From Eledone cirrhosa (lineage: Eukaryota): 64,000 nucleotides of DNA. The position numbers were made by a program, and so were the translations under genes. The DNA lies in NCBI GenBank assembly GCA_964016885.1, contig OZ024740.1, positions 10,974,001-11,038,000 on the forward strand. Reading direction: 5' to 3'. The notes under the pieces were generated by a model that had not been told where the DNA came from, ran no database searches, and saw only the letters and a program-made list of their open reading frames with translations. This document shows positions 24,962 to 41,200 of the stretch, piece by piece (within the stretch, counting starts at the first letter, position 1; each line of letters begins with the position of its first letter).

Positions 24962-25084
24962 GGAACGTGTTTAAAGCTAAGTGAGTACCATTAACAACTA
25001 AAAATGATGATATACTATTCAACAGAATTCGTAATATGGGCGTGTCTCCCCACAGCCCCGGCAGTCAGAATGGAGAAGGCGTTT

Positions 25085-25609
25085 CCAACTCGACCAGCAC
25101 TGCCTTGCCTGTTTTTGTGCGGCCTCCAAACACCACAGTGATGCCTGGCTCCATGCTCTACCCTCCTTCTCCACTGGCACGCAGCTAGACAACAATAGCC
25201 TGTGCATCAGCGTTTCCTTGAGGCTCAACCTCCGGATCTGCGAGCCACACCAATGTCGCTGCTGATCTACCGTGGACACTTTTGGCCTCCACCCATTTTC
25301 ATGTCGCCACAGTGCCAGCCACCTTCCATGACATGCTGCCCACAATGAGGTCATAAAGCATGGCTTGGAAGGTGGCCAGCACTGTGGCGACATGAAAATG
25401 GGTGGAGGCCAAAAGTGTCCACGGTAGATCAGCAGCGACATTGGTGTGGCTCGCAGATCCGGAGGTTGAGCCTCAAGGAAACGCTGATGCACAGGCTATT
25501 GTTGTCTAGCTGCGTGCCAGTGGAGAAGGAGGGTAGAGCATGGAGCCAGGCATCACTGTGGTGTTTGGAGGTCGCACAAAAACAGGCAAGGCAGTGCTGG
25601 TCGAGTTGG
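25085..25609. repeat. 244-bp inverted repeat (25085-25328 / 25366-25609) with 37-nt spacer; fold-back of the CRE-like element's 3' region
   Basis: Arms are reverse complements with about three mismatches by eye; the same peptide appears on both strands in the ORF track. Confidence 0.95.
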
Positions 25610-27520
25610 CTCGTGAGCCTGTCTGAAGCCAGGCTGCACTGGATGGCATCCCAGGTGTTTTGGGGGGATTTGATGTCAGCAGGGGGAGAAGGAGGAGGGA
25701 CGTCTACTGGGCTAAGTCCCAGCCGGTCCCATGTCTCACAGGCGGCCTCACCTTCTCTGATCACAGAGGGTTCTATTGTTTTGAAGAACCCTGCTGATGA
25801 GGACGCGGCATGAGGTTACCGACGAAAGAAACGCAGCAAATCCAGTGAGATCGGGGACCGGAGACCAAAGCCGCCATACCTGGCAGGTAAAGTGGCCTGT
25901 TGCCATCCAATGTCGTCAAACTTGACGTTGCAAACCTCCTCGGCTGTTGCTCGGATACAAGTATCGAGGTCAGTGAGGAGAGATGCGTGGGTGTAGCACG
26001 GAGCACTGTGAAGGGTATAGAGGATCTTCGGCATGGCGAAGCAGTTCCTCAACAGAAAGAGAGCTCGGTGGCCGTCGATCAAGCTCAGTCGACTCGTGAG
26101 GGTCTGGACCTGATGGTGGAGCGGATGGCCGGTGGGTGGAGCGGTGACCCGAGGATGACGACATCCTCTGTGGGGGTCACCTGTACCTGGTGGAGTATGG
26201 ACTGCACGTCCGAGATGGAGGCTGCAAAGCTCTCAGCATCGTGTCTAAGACTTGGCCGAGTTGACCTGGAGGCCGATTCCCACCAGGGCAGGAACCACCG
26301 ATTGTAGGTCATGGCAGACAGTCTGTACGGGCCCGCCCAATGTAGCATCATCCAGAAACCAAACGTTGAGAGGAGCCGTGATACTCCAGGTGATGTGGTC
26401 TATACCAAGGGCAAACAGGAGGGGTCCCAAAGGGTCACCCTGTTGGACTCCAGTGGCCGAAGGTATGACCGTATCAGCAGCAAGGAGCATGCTTGGGGCT
26501 CCATATGACAGGTAGGCAGAGGGGGCTTGGCTGAGGCAGGCATCAATCAGATGGTCCCGGCGCAAGCAGTTAAAGGCATTCCTCATGTCAAGTTTGACAA
26601 TGAGGTGCTTGGAGTCCCTGGATGCCGATTCCGGTGGGCAGTTGTTGAAGAACTTCCTGGTTGCATGTGCGGCCCCCTCTCAGCCACCGGACACGCTGAC
26701 ACCCAGTTGCACCGAACACGCCGACACCCAGTTGCACCGGAACGAACTCCTCACCCAGTTCAGGTGTTATGGACCTGCAGACCACCTTAGCAGCCAGCCT
26801 CCGGAAGACATTGCCCACAGCAATGGGGCGTATGCCAACCTCTTTCTTCCTGAGAGCGGTCAGGCTAGCCGAAAAAAAAGAGGCCTAGGGTGTGAGGGTC
26901 TAGGGCTTAATGGATAAGCCTATTGGTGACTGCCACAATTGCACTCAGAAGGTGGCGCCCAGCCTCAGCGGAGAGTGGGGATAGCAACTCCTTGAGGTGG
27001 CCAGGTCGGAGACCACCAGCACCTCCGCTGCTGCTAGCTTGGAAGGAGTTGATGGACATGTCTGCGTCGGAAGCCCCAAGGAGCAAGTAGGGATTGGGTG
27101 GGGGTATGGGTCTGAGATCAGCGGGTGGCTCAGGGTGCTTGAATTGCAGGACAGCCAGGACCTCCTCGGTGGGTTGGAGGACAGTGTACTCTGAGGCAAC
27201 CACTCTGACTGTGGCCGAGACATCACCCATGATTAATTTGGTATTTATGTGGTCACGCAAACGCTTGGCGCTGGCCTCAGGGGTGGAGAATTGGGGGTAC
27301 CCAAGGGTGGGTTGTGTGGCGTCTCTGGGCACGCTTGGAATGGGCGCTTGCCCAAAGGACGAAACTGGCCTTGACGAAGGCTGCTGTCGACCGGCCTTGT
27401 CGGTCAGCACCAGAGCTGGGGAGGCCGAGGGCGAGTGGGCCGAAATAAAAGAGTCGCTCCCAGTTGCTGGCTCGATTGGAGTCCAGGGCGCTCTTAATCG
27501 AGGAAGCGAGGGCATCAGCT
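25366..27520 (-). mobile_element. CRE-clade (RLE-type) non-LTR retrotransposon fragment, frameshifted
   Basis: RT motifs RPIAMGNVFRRLAAK, PVQLGVG, KLDMRNAFN, GVQQGDPLGPLLF, WFLDDATL, LPARYGGFGL, followed by a zinc-finger-like C.C...H..C and HAAHN stretch. Confidence 0.82.
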
Positions 27521-27534
27521 AGCAACTATTATAG

Positions 27535-28515
27535 CACTACATCACTTGTGTACCCAAGATTTACATTGTATAGTGTTTATGCCTACTCCCTTTCTACATA
27601 TTGAGCAGGACCACTTCCCTGAAGGAATCAGGGTCCTATCTTCTCTCCTACTCACTAGCACTTTAATTTTGGCTAAGTTTACTCTCAGACCTTTTCATTC
27701 CAAATTCTGTTTCCATAGTCAAAACTTATTTTCTAGTTCTTTAATGGATTTGGCTATAAGCACCAGATCATCTGCATAGAGAAGTTCCCATGAGCAGCCA
27801 GTCTTAAACTTCTCTTTTATAGCCAGGAGAACTATAAGGAATAATAGTGGGCTAAGAACAGAACCCTGATGAACTCCAACCTGTACCTTGAATTCCTCAC
27901 TAAACTCACTTCCTACTCTCTTTGCTGAAGGTTCCTCTGTACATGGCTTGCACTGCTCTAACCAGCCATTTCCTTAAGAACAACCAGATAATAGATTGAG
28001 GTATTCTGTCAAAGGCTTCTTCTAGATCAACAAAAGCTAGGTATAGTAGCTTATTTTTGTAGTTGCCTCACTAAGAAGAGGGCATCTACAGTACTTTTCC
28101 CAGGCATGAAACCAAACTGCATCTCATCTATTTCGACTCTTTCGCTAATTAGTTGCACAATAAATCTTTCTGTCACTTTCATAACTTGGTCCATTAGTTT
28201 TATTCCTCTGTAGTTGCTCCTCTCTAGAGCATCACATTTGCCCTTGTAGCAATTTATGATTGTACTGCTTTATCAATCATTGGGTATGACACCGTCCTGT
28301 ATTACCTGATTGACTGTGTGGGTTACTAGTTTGACTCCTACTTCTCCCGTATACCATCATTATCATCACTGTTTAACATCCATTTTTCCACGCTAGCATG
28401 AGTTAGATGAGTTGTCCTGTTGTGAGAAATGCCAGATCTGGTGACCATGTTCTGCTCATACAGAACTGTTTTTGGCATAGTTTCTATACCTGAATACCCT
28501 TCCTAATGCCAACAT
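27535..28515 (-). mobile_element. Degenerate RTE LINE RT fragment followed by a separate RTE 3' end (from ~28355)
   Basis: Homologous to 18140-18950 (GVHQGSVLSPLLF, LLYADDL); the catcattatcatcactgtttaacatcc tail motif matches 17077. Confidence 0.85.
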
Positions 28516-28907
28516 ATATTTGTATGTATATATACATATATAAAGGCTGTGTTAGCAAGGGTTGAGCTGGCTGTGATAGGGCTACTGCAATTGGACTGAC
28601 TCTCTGGCTGTGGCTAGACTGACTGAGGCTATTTTTTTTAGTTTACTTTAGAAATCCATCATAAAGCTCTATAATACAATAAACATGAAATACTATTATA
28701 AAATAAGTAATTAAAAAACTACATAAACAGACAAATATTTTTAGAAAAATTAGAATTTTATTATCAAATTTATAAGTACACTTGATTTCCAGCTTGGTAA
28801 TAGAATTTTGGAATTTCTTAAATTCTTAGCAAATAATGATTTCTAAATTAAGCAGAAGGCCAATAATTTTGTGGGGAGCTGGAAAGTCAATTAAATCGGC
28901 CCCAATG

Positions 28908-29060
28908 AATCTCACAAAATATGTAATCTATGAGATTTTGATATTATTTATTATGAGAACAATACCTTAACATCAGTATGAGCAGCCAGTTACAGCTGGT
29001 TTGAAGAGAAAGAGGTGAGACAATTCAGGACAGATATTGCTGGTTGAAATGCTAAAAAGC
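28908..29060 (+). repeat. Partial, LINE-free copy of the MITE-like repeat that flanks both LINE 3' ends
   Basis: aatctatgagattttgatattatttattatgagaacaataccttaacatcagtatgag...ggttgaaatgcta aligns with 59193-59322 and the reverse complement of 8298-8425. Confidence 0.75.
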
Positions 29061-29278
29061 TGATAACAAACAACAGTCACTAATAACAACAGAACCCATA
29101 AGGACACAAACATCTCCAGATCTATTCAGACAAAGATTCAGGGAACTAAGACAGCCATAGATTTCATCAGACTGGAATTTGGATTCTAAATGAAGCCATC
29201 AGCAGCATCATCATTTCTATATATTTAAAAAATATATAAAAGAACATAGAATATTAAATCTAAACAAATTTAGGGGGA

Positions 29279-32200
29279 GAACAACTGTAGAGAACAACTA
29301 TAAAGAACTACTATATAGAACAACTATATAAAACAACTGTAGAGAACAACTATAGAGAACTACTATATAGAACAACTATATAGAACAACTATATAGAACT
29401 ACTATAGAGAACAACTATATAGAACTACTATAGAGAACTACTATATATAACAACTATATAAAACAACTATATAGAACTACTATAAAGAACTACTATATAG
29501 AACAACTATATAAAACAACTGTAGAGAACAACTATAAAGAACTACTATATAGAACAACTATAGAGAACTACTATAGAGAACAACTATAAAGAACTACTAT
29601 ATAGAACAACTATATAAAACAACTATATAGAACTACTATAGAGAACTACTATATAGAACTACTATAGAGAACTACTATATAGAACAACTATCTAGAACTA
29701 CTATCTAGAACTACTATAGAGAATAACTATAGAGAACAACTATAGAGAACAACTATATAGAACAACTATAGAGAACAACTATAGAGAACAACTATAGAGA
29801 ACTACTATAAAGAACTACTATATAAAACAACTATATAGAACAACTATATAGAACAACTATAGAGAACAACTATATAGAACTACTATATAGAACAACTATA
29901 TAGAACAACTATATAGAACAACTATATAGAACAACTATAGAGAACAACTATATAGAAGAACTATAGAGAACAACTATAGAGAACAACTATATAGAACAAC
30001 TATATAGAACAACTATAGACAACTATATAGAACTACTATATAGAACAACTATAGAGAACTATTATAGAAAACAACTATATAGAACAACTATATAGAACTA
30101 CTATATAGAACAACTATATAGAACAACTATAGAAAACTACTATAGAGAACAACTATATAGAACAACTATAGAGAACAACTATAGAGAACTACTATAAAGA
30201 ACTACTATATAGAACTACTATAGAGAACTACTATATAGAACAACTATATAGAACAACTATATAGAACAACTATAGAGAACTACTATAAAGAACTACTATA
30301 TAAAGCAACTATATAAAGCAACTATATAGAACAACTATAGAGAACTATTATAGAGAACAACTATAGAGAACTACTATAGAGAACAACTATAGAGAACTAC
30401 TATATAGAACAACTATATAAAACAACCATAGAGAACTACTATAGAGAACTACTATAAAGAACTACTATATAGAACAACTATATAGAACTACTATATAGAA
30501 CTATAGAGAACTACTATATAGAACAACTATAGAGAACTACTATATAGAACAACTATCTAGAACAACTATATAGAACTACTATATAGAACAACTATATAGA
30601 ACTACTATATAGAACAACTAAATAGAACAACTATCTAGAACAACTATAGAGAACAACTATATAGAACTATTATAGAGAACAATTATATAGAACAACTATA
30701 CAGAACTATTATATAGAACTACTATAGAGAACTACTATATAGAACAACTATCTAGAACAACTATATAGAACAACTATAGAGAACAACTATATAGAACAAC
30801 TATCTAGAACAACTATAGAGAACTACTATATAGAACAACTATCTAGAACAACTATATAGAACAACTATAGAGAACAACTATATAGAACTACTATAGAGAA
30901 CAACTATATAGAACAACTATATAGAACAACTATAGAGAACTACTATATAGAACAACTATCTAGAACAACTATAGAGAACAACTATATAGAACAACTATAG
31001 AGAACTACTATATAGAACTACTATAGAGAACAACTATAGAGAACTACTATATAGAACAACTATATAGAACAACTATATAGAACAACTATATAGAACAACT
31101 ATATAGAACCACTATATAGAACAACTATATAGAACAACTATAGAGAACTACTATAGAGAAAAACTATATAGAACTACTATAGAGAACAACTATCTAGAAC
31201 AACTACATAGAACTACTATAGAGAACTACTATAGAGAACAACTATCTAGAACAACTACATAGAACTACTATAGAGAACTACTATATAGATCAACTATATA
31301 GAACAACTATATAGAACAACTATATAAAACAACTATATAAAACAACTATATAGAACTACCATAGAGAACTACTATATAGAACAACTATATAGAACAACTA
31401 TATAGAACTACTATAGAGAACTACTATATAGAACTACTATAGAGAACAACTATATAAAACAACTATATAGAACAACTATATAGAACCACTATATAGAACA
31501 ACTATATACAACTACTATAGAGAACAACTATATAGGACTACTATAAAGAACAACTCTATAGAACAACTATATAGAACTACTATATAGAACAACTGTATAG
31601 AACTACTATAGAGAACAACTATAGAGAACTACTATATAGAACAACTATAGAGAACAACTATATAGAACAACTATAGAGAACTATATAGAGAACAACTATA
31701 GAGAACTACTATATATAGAACAACTATATAGAACAACTATATAGAACCACTATATAGAACAACTATATAGAACTACTATATAGAACAACTATATAGAACA
31801 ACTATAGAGAACTACTATAGAGAACAACTATATAGAACTACTATAGAGAACAACTATCTAGAACAACTACATAGAACTACTATAGAGAACAACTATCTAG
31901 AACAACTACATAGAACTACTATAGAGAACTACTATATAGATCAACTATATAGAACAACTATATAGAACAACTATATAAAACAACTATATAAAACAACTAT
32001 ATAGAACTACCATAGAGAACTACTATATAGAACAACTATATAGAACAACTATATAGAACTACTATAGAGAACTACTATATAGAACTACTATAGAGAACAA
32101 CTATATAAAACAACTATATAGAACAACTATATAGAACCACTATATAGAACAACTATATAGAACTACTATAGAGAACAACTATATAGGACTACTATAAAGA

Positions 32201-35200
32201 ACAACTCTATAGAACAACTATAGAGAACTATATAGAGAACAACTATAGAGAACTACTATATATAGAACAACTATATAGAACAACTATATAGAACCACTAT
32301 ATAGAACAACTATATAGAACAACTATATAGAACAACTATATAGAACTACTATAGAGAACTACTATAGAGAACAACTATATAGAACAACTATAGAGAACTA
32401 CTATATAGAACAACTATAGAGAACTACTATAGAGAACTACTATAGAGAACAACTATAGAGAACAACTATAGAGAACTACTATATGGAACAACTATATAGA
32501 ACAACTATAGAGAACTACTATAGAGAACAACTATATAGAACAACTATATAGAACAATTATATAAAACAACTATAGAGAACAACTATATAGAAAAACTATA
32601 TAGAACAACTATATAAAACAACTATATAGAACTACTATATAGAACAACTATATAGAACTACTATATAGAACTACTATATAGAACAACTATATAGAACAAC
32701 TATATACAACTACTATAGAGAACTATATAGAGAACAACTATAGAGAACTACTATATATAGAACAACTATATAGAACAACTATATAGAACAACTATATAGA
32801 ACAACTATATAGAACAACTATAGAGAACAACTATAGAGAACAACTATAGAGAACAACTATATAGAACAACTATAGAGAACTACTATAGAGAACTACTATA
32901 GAGAACAACTATAGAGAACTACTATAGAGAACTACTATATAGAACAACTATATAGAACAACTATAGAGAACAACTATAGAGAACTACTATATAGAACAAC
33001 TATATAGAACCACTATAGAGAACAACTATATAGAACTACTATATAGAACTACTATAGAGAACAACTATAGAGAACAACTATATAGAACCACTATAGAGAA
33101 CAACTATATAGAACTACTATATAGAACTATAGAGAACTACTATATAGAACCACTATAGAGAACAACTATATAGAACTACTATATAGAACAACTATAGAGA
33201 ACTACTATAGAGAACTACTATAGAGAACTACTATATAGAACAACTATAGAGAACTACTATAAAGAACTACTATATAGAACAACTATAGAGAACTACTATA
33301 GAGAACAACTATAGAGAACAACTATAGAGAACAACTATATAGAACAACTATATAGAACAACTATAGAGAACTACTATAGAGAACAACTATAGAGAACTAC
33401 TATATAGAACAACTATATAGAACAACTATATAGAACAACTATACAGAACTACTATAGAGAACAACTATATAGAACAACTATAGAGAACTACTATAGAGAA
33501 CTACTATATAGAACAACTATATAGAACAACTTTAGAGAACAACTATATAGAACAACTATATAGAACTACTATATAGAACAACTATATAGAACAACTATAG
33601 AGAACTACTATAGAGAACAACTATAGAGAACAACTATATAGAACAACTATAGAGAACAACTATAGAGAACTACTATAAAGAACTACTATATAAAACAACT
33701 ATATAGAACTACTATAGAGAACAACTATATAGAACAACTATATAGAACAACTATAGAGAACAACTATATAGAACAACTATATAGAACAACTATAGAGAAC
33801 TACTATAAAGAACTACTATATAAAGCAACTATATAAAGCAACTATGTAGAACAACTATAGAGAACTATTATAGAGAACAACTATAGAGAACTACTATATA
33901 GAACAACTATATAGAACTACTATAGAGAACAACTATAGAGAACTACTATATAGAACAACTATATAAAACAACTATAGAGAACTACTATAAGGAACTACTA
34001 TATAGAACAACTATCTAGAACAACTATATAGAACAACTATAGAGAACAACTATAGAGAACAACTATATAGAACTATTATAGAGAACTACTATAGAGAACA
34101 ACTATATAGAACAACTATACAGAACTATTATATAGAACTACTATAGAGAACTACTATATAGAACAACTATCTAGAACAACTATAGAGAACTACTATATAG
34201 AACAACTATAGAGAACTACTATAGAGAACTACTATAGAGAACAACTATAGAGAACAACTATAGAGAACTACTATATGGAACAACTATATAGAACAACTAT
34301 AGAGAACTACTATAGAGAACAACTATATAGAACAACTATATAGAACAATTATATAAAACAACTATAGAGAACAACTATATAGAAAAACTATATAGAACAA
34401 CTATATACAACAACTATATAGAACTACTATATAGAACAACTATATAGAACTACTATATAGAACTACTATATAGAACAACTATATAGAACAACTATATACA
34501 ACTACTATAGAGAACTATATAGAGAACAACTATAGAGAACTACTATATATAGAACAACTATATAGAACAACTATATAGAACAACTATATAGAACAACTAT
34601 ATAGAACAACTATATAGAACAACTATATAGAACAACTATATAGAACAACTATAGAGAACAACTATAGAGAACAACTATATAGAACAACTATAGAGAACTA
34701 CTATAGAGAACTACTATAGAGAACAACTATAGAGAACTACTATAGAGAACTACTATATAGAACAACTATATAGAACAACTATAGAGAACAACTATAGAGA
34801 ATTACTATATAGAACAACTATATAGAACCACTATAGAGAACAACTATATAGAACTACTATATAGAACTACTATAGAGAACAACTATAGAGAACAACTATA
34901 TAGAACCACTATAGAGAACAACTATATAGAACTACTATATAGAACTATAGAGAACTACTATATAGAACCACTATAGAGAACAACTATATAGAACTACTAT
35001 ATAGAACAACTATAGAGAACTACTATAGAGAACTACTATAGAGAACTACTATATAGAACAACTATAGAGAACTACTATAAAGAACTACTATATAGAACAA
35101 CTATAGAGAACTACTATAGAGAACAACTATAGAGAACAACTATAGAGAACAACTATATAGAACAACTATATAGAACAACTATAGAGAACTACTATAGAGA

Positions 35201-38200
35201 ACAACTATAGAGAACTACTATATAGAACAACTATATAGAACAACTACATAGAACAACTATACAGAACTACTATAGAGAACAACTATATAGAACAACTATA
35301 GAGAACTACTATAGAGAACTACTATATAGAACAACTATATAGAACAACTTTAGAGAACAACTATATAGAACAACTATATAGAACTACTATATAGAACAAC
35401 TATATAGAACAACTATAGAGAACTACTATAGAGAACTACTATAAAGAACTACTATATAAAACAACTATATAGAACTACTATAGAGAACAACTATATAGAA
35501 CAACTATATAGAACAACTATAGAGAACAACTATATAGAACAACTATATAGAACAACTATATAGAACAACTATAGAGAACTACTATAAAGAACTACTATAT
35601 AAAGCAACTATGTAGAACAACTATAGAGAACTATTATAGAGAACAACTATAGAGAACTACTATATAGAACAACTATATAGAACTACTATAGAGAACAACT
35701 ATAGAGAACTACTATATAGAACAACTATATAAAACAACTATAGAGAACTACTATAAAGAACTACTATATAGAACAACTATCTAGAACAACTATAGAGAAC
35801 AACTATAGAGAACAACTATATAGAACTATTATAGAGAACTACTATAGAGAACAACTATATAGAACAACTATACAGAACTATTATATAGAACTACTATAGA
35901 GAACTACTATATAGAACAACTATCTAGAACAACTATATAGAACTACTATAGAGAACAACTATATAGAACAACTATATAGAACAACTATATAGAACTACTA
36001 TAGAGAACTACTATATAGAACAACTATATAGAACAACTATATAGAACAACTATAGAGAACTACTATAGAGAACAACTATCTAGAACAACTATAGAGAACA
36101 ACTATATAGAACAACTATAGAGAACTACTATATAGAACTACTATAGAGAACAACTATAGAGAACTACTATATAGAACAACTATATAGAACAACTATATAG
36201 AACTACTATATAGAACAACTATATAGAACAACTATATAGAACTACTATATAGAACAACTATATAGAACAACTATATAGAACTACTATAGAGAACTACTAT
36301 ATAGAACAACTATATAGAACAATTATATAGAACAACTATAGAGAACTACTATAGAGAACAACTATCTAGAACAACTACATAGAACTACTATAGAGAACTA
36401 CTATATAGATCAACTATATAGAACAACTATATAGAACAACTATATAGAACAACTATATAAAACAACTATATAGAACTACCATAGAGAACTACTATATAGC
36501 ACTACTATAGAGAACAACTATAGAGAACTACTATATAGAACTATATAGAACAACTATATAGAACTACTATAGAGAACTACTATAGAGAACTACTATATAG
36601 AACTACTATAGATAACTATATAGAACAACTATATAGAACCACTATATAGAACTACTATATAGAACAACTATATAGAACTACCATAGAGAACAACTATATA
36701 GGACTACTATAAAGAACAACTCTATAGAACAACTATATAGAACTACTATATAGAACAACTATATAGAACTACTATAGAGAACAACTATAGAGAACTACTA
36801 TATAGAACAACTATAGAGAACAACTATAGAGAACTACTATAAAGAACTACTATATAGAACAACTATCTAGAACAACTATATAGAACAACTATAGAGAACA
36901 ACTATAGAGAACAACTATATAGAACTATTATAGAGAACTACTATAGAGAACAACTATATAGAACAACTATACAGAACTATTATATAGAACTACTATAGAG
37001 AACTACTATATAGAACAACTATCTAGAACAACTATAGAGAACTACTATATAGAACAACTATAGAGAACTACTATAGAGAACTACTATAGAGAACAACTAT
37101 AGAGAACAACTATAGAGAACTACTATATGGAACAACTATATAGAACAACTATAGAGAACTACTATAGAGAACAACTATATAGAACTATATAGAACAATTA
37201 TATAAAACAACTATAGAGAACAACTATATAGAAAAACTATATAGAACAACTATATACAACAACTATATAGAACTACTATATAGAACAACTATATAGAACT
37301 ACTATATAGAACTACTATATAGAACAACTATATAGAACAACTATATACAACTACTATAGAGAACTATATAGAGAACAACTATAGAGAACTACTATATATA
37401 GAACAACTATATAGAACAACTATATAGAACAACTATATAGAACAACTATATAGAACAACTATATAGAACAACTATAGAGAACAACTATAGAGAACAACTA
37501 TATAGAACAACTATAGAGAACTACTATAGAGAACTACTATAGAGAACAACTATAGAGAACTACTATAGAGAACTACTATATAGAACAACTATATAGAACA
37601 ACTATAGAGAACAACTATAGAGAACTACTATATAGAACAACTATATAGAACCACTATAGAGAACAACTATATAGAACTACTATATAGAACTACTATAGAG
37701 AACAACTATAGAGAACAACTATATAGAACCACTATAGAGAACAACTATATAGAACTACTATATAGAACTATAGAGAACTACTATATAGAACCACTATAGA
37801 GAACAACTATATAGAACTACTATATAGAACAACTATAGAGAACTACTATAGAGAACTACTATAGAGAACTACTATATAGAACAACTATAGAGAACTACTA
37901 TAAAGAACTACTATATAGAACAACTATAGAGAACTACTATAGAGAACAACTATAGAGAACAACTATAGAGAACAACTATATAGAACAACTATATAGAACA
38001 ACTATAGAGAACTACTATAGAGAACAACTATAGAGAACTACTATATAGAACAACTATATAGAACAACTATATAGAACAACTATACAGAACTACTATAGAG
38101 AACAACTATATAGAACAACTATAGAGAACTACTATAGAGAACTACTATATAGAACAACTATATAGAACAACTTTAGAGAACAACTATATAGAACAACTAT

Positions 38201-41200
38201 ATAGAACTACTATATAGAACAACTATATAGAACAACTATAGAGAACTACTATAGAGAACTACTATAAAGAACTACTATATAAAACAACTATATAGAACTA
38301 CTATAGAGAACAACTATATAGAACAACTATATAGAACAACTATAGAGAACAACTATATAGAACAACTATATAGAACAACTATATAGAACAACTATAGAGA
38401 ACTACTATAAAGAACTACTATATAAAGCAACTATATAAAGCAACTATGTAGAACAACTATAGAGAACTATTATAGAGAACAACTATAGAGAACTACTATA
38501 TAGAACAACTATATAGAACTACTATAGAGAACAACTATAGAGAACTACTATATAGAACAACTATATAAAACAACTATAGAGAACTACTATAAAGAACTAC
38601 TATATAGAACAACTATCTAGAACAACTATAGAGAACAACTATAGAGAACAACTATATAGAACTATTATAGAGAACTACTATAGAGAACAACTATATAGAA
38701 CAACTATACAGAACTATTATATAGAACTACTATAGAGAACTACTATATAGAACAACTATCTAGAACAACTATATAGAACTACTATAGAGAACAACTATAT
38801 AGAACAACTATATAGAACAACTATATAGAACTACTATAGAGAACTACTATATAGAACAACTATATAGAACAACTATATAGAACAACTATAGAGAACTACT
38901 ATAGAGAACAACTATCTAGAACAACTATAGAGAACAACTATATAGAACAACTATAGAGAACTACTATATAGAACTACTATAGAGAACAACTATAGAGAAC
39001 TACTATATAGAACAACTATATAGAACAACTATATAGAACTACTATATAGAACAACTATATAGAACAACTATATAGGACTACTATATAGAACAACTATATA
39101 GAACAACTATATAGAACTACTATAGAGAACTACTATATAGAACAACTATATAGAACAATTATATAGAACAACTATAGAGAACTACTATAGAGAACAACTA
39201 TCTAGAACAACTACATAGAACTACTATAGAGAACTACTATATAGATCAACTATATAGAACAACTATATAGAACAACTATATAGAACAACTATATAAAACA
39301 ACTATATAGAACTACCATAGAGAACTACTATATAGCACTACTATAGAGAACAACTATAGAGAACTACTATATAGAACTATATAGAACAACTATATAGAAC
39401 TACTATAGAGAACTACTATAGAGAACTACTATATAGAACTACTATAGATAACTATATAGAACAACTATATAGAACCACTATATAGAACTACTATATAGAA
39501 CAACTATATAGAACTACCATAGAGAACAACTATATAGGACTACTATAAAGAACAACTCTATAGAACAACTATATAGAACTACTATATAGAACAACTATAT
39601 AGAACTACTATAGAGAACAACTATAGAGAACTACTATATAGAACAACTATATAGAACAACTATAGAGAACTATATAGAGAACAACTATAGAGAACTACTA
39701 TATATAGAACAACTATATAGAACAACTATATAGAACCACTATATGGAACAACTATATAGAACAACTATATAGAATTACTATAGAGAACTACTATAGAGAA
39801 CAACTATATAGAACAACTATAGAGAACTACTATATAGAACAACTATAGAGAACTACTATAGAGAACAACTATAGAGAACAACTATAGAGAACTACTATAT
39901 AGAACAACTATATAGAACAACTATATAGAACTACTATAGAGAACAACTATATAGAACAACTATAGAAAACAACTATATAGAAAAACTATATAGAACAACT
40001 ATATAAAACAACTATATAGAACTACTATATAGAACAACTATATAGAACTACTATATAGAACTACTATATAGAACAACTATATAGAACAACTATATAGAAT
40101 TACTATAGAGAACTATATAGAGAACAACTATAGAGAACTACTATATATAGAACAACTATATAGAACAACTATATAGAATTACTATATAGAACAACTATAT
40201 AGAACAACTATATAGAACAACTATATAGAACAACTATATAGAACAACTATCTAGAACAACTATATAGAACAACTATATAGAACTACTATAGAGAACAACT
40301 ATATAGAACAACTATCTAGAAGAACTATATAGAACAACTATAGAGAACAACTATATAGAACTACTATATAGAACAACTATATAGAACTACTATAGAGAAC
40401 AACTATATAGAAAAACTATCTAGAACAACTATATAGAACTACTATATAGAACTACTATATAGAACAAATATCTAGAACAACTATATAGAACAACTATATA
40501 GAACTACTATAGAGAACAACTATAGAGAACAACTATATAAAGAACTACTATAGAGAACTACTATATAGAACAACTATATAGAACAACTATATAGAACAAC
40601 TATAGAGAACTACTATAGAGAACAACTATAGAGAACTACTATATAGAACAACTATATAGAATAACTATAGAGAACTACTATAGAGAACTACTATAGAGAA
40701 CAACTATAGAGAACACCTATATAGAACTGCTATATATAGAACTACTATATAGAACACCTATATAGAATTACTATATATAGAACTACTATAGAGAACACCT
40801 ATATAGAACTACTATAGAGAACTACTATATATAGAACTACTATAGAGAACAACTATATATAGAACTACTATAGAGAAAAACTATATATAGAACTACTATA
40901 GTGAACAACTATATAGAACTACTATATATAGAACTACGATAGAGAACAACTATATATAGAACTACTATATATAGAACTACTATAGAGAATAACTATATAT
41001 AGAACTATTATAGAGAACAACTATATAGAACTACTATAGAGAACAACTATATATAGAACTACTATAGAGAACTACTATAGAGAACTACTATATAGAACAA
41101 CTATATATAGAACAACTATATAGAACTACTATAGAGAACAACTATATATAGTACTACTATAGAGAACTACGATATAGAACAACTATCTAGAACAACTATA

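Noticed and set aside
131-39447. Similar ~2.8-kb higher-order period in the 21-bp and 13-bp satellites
   Set aside because: Other block sizes also occur (756, ~1820 bp); likely coincidence.
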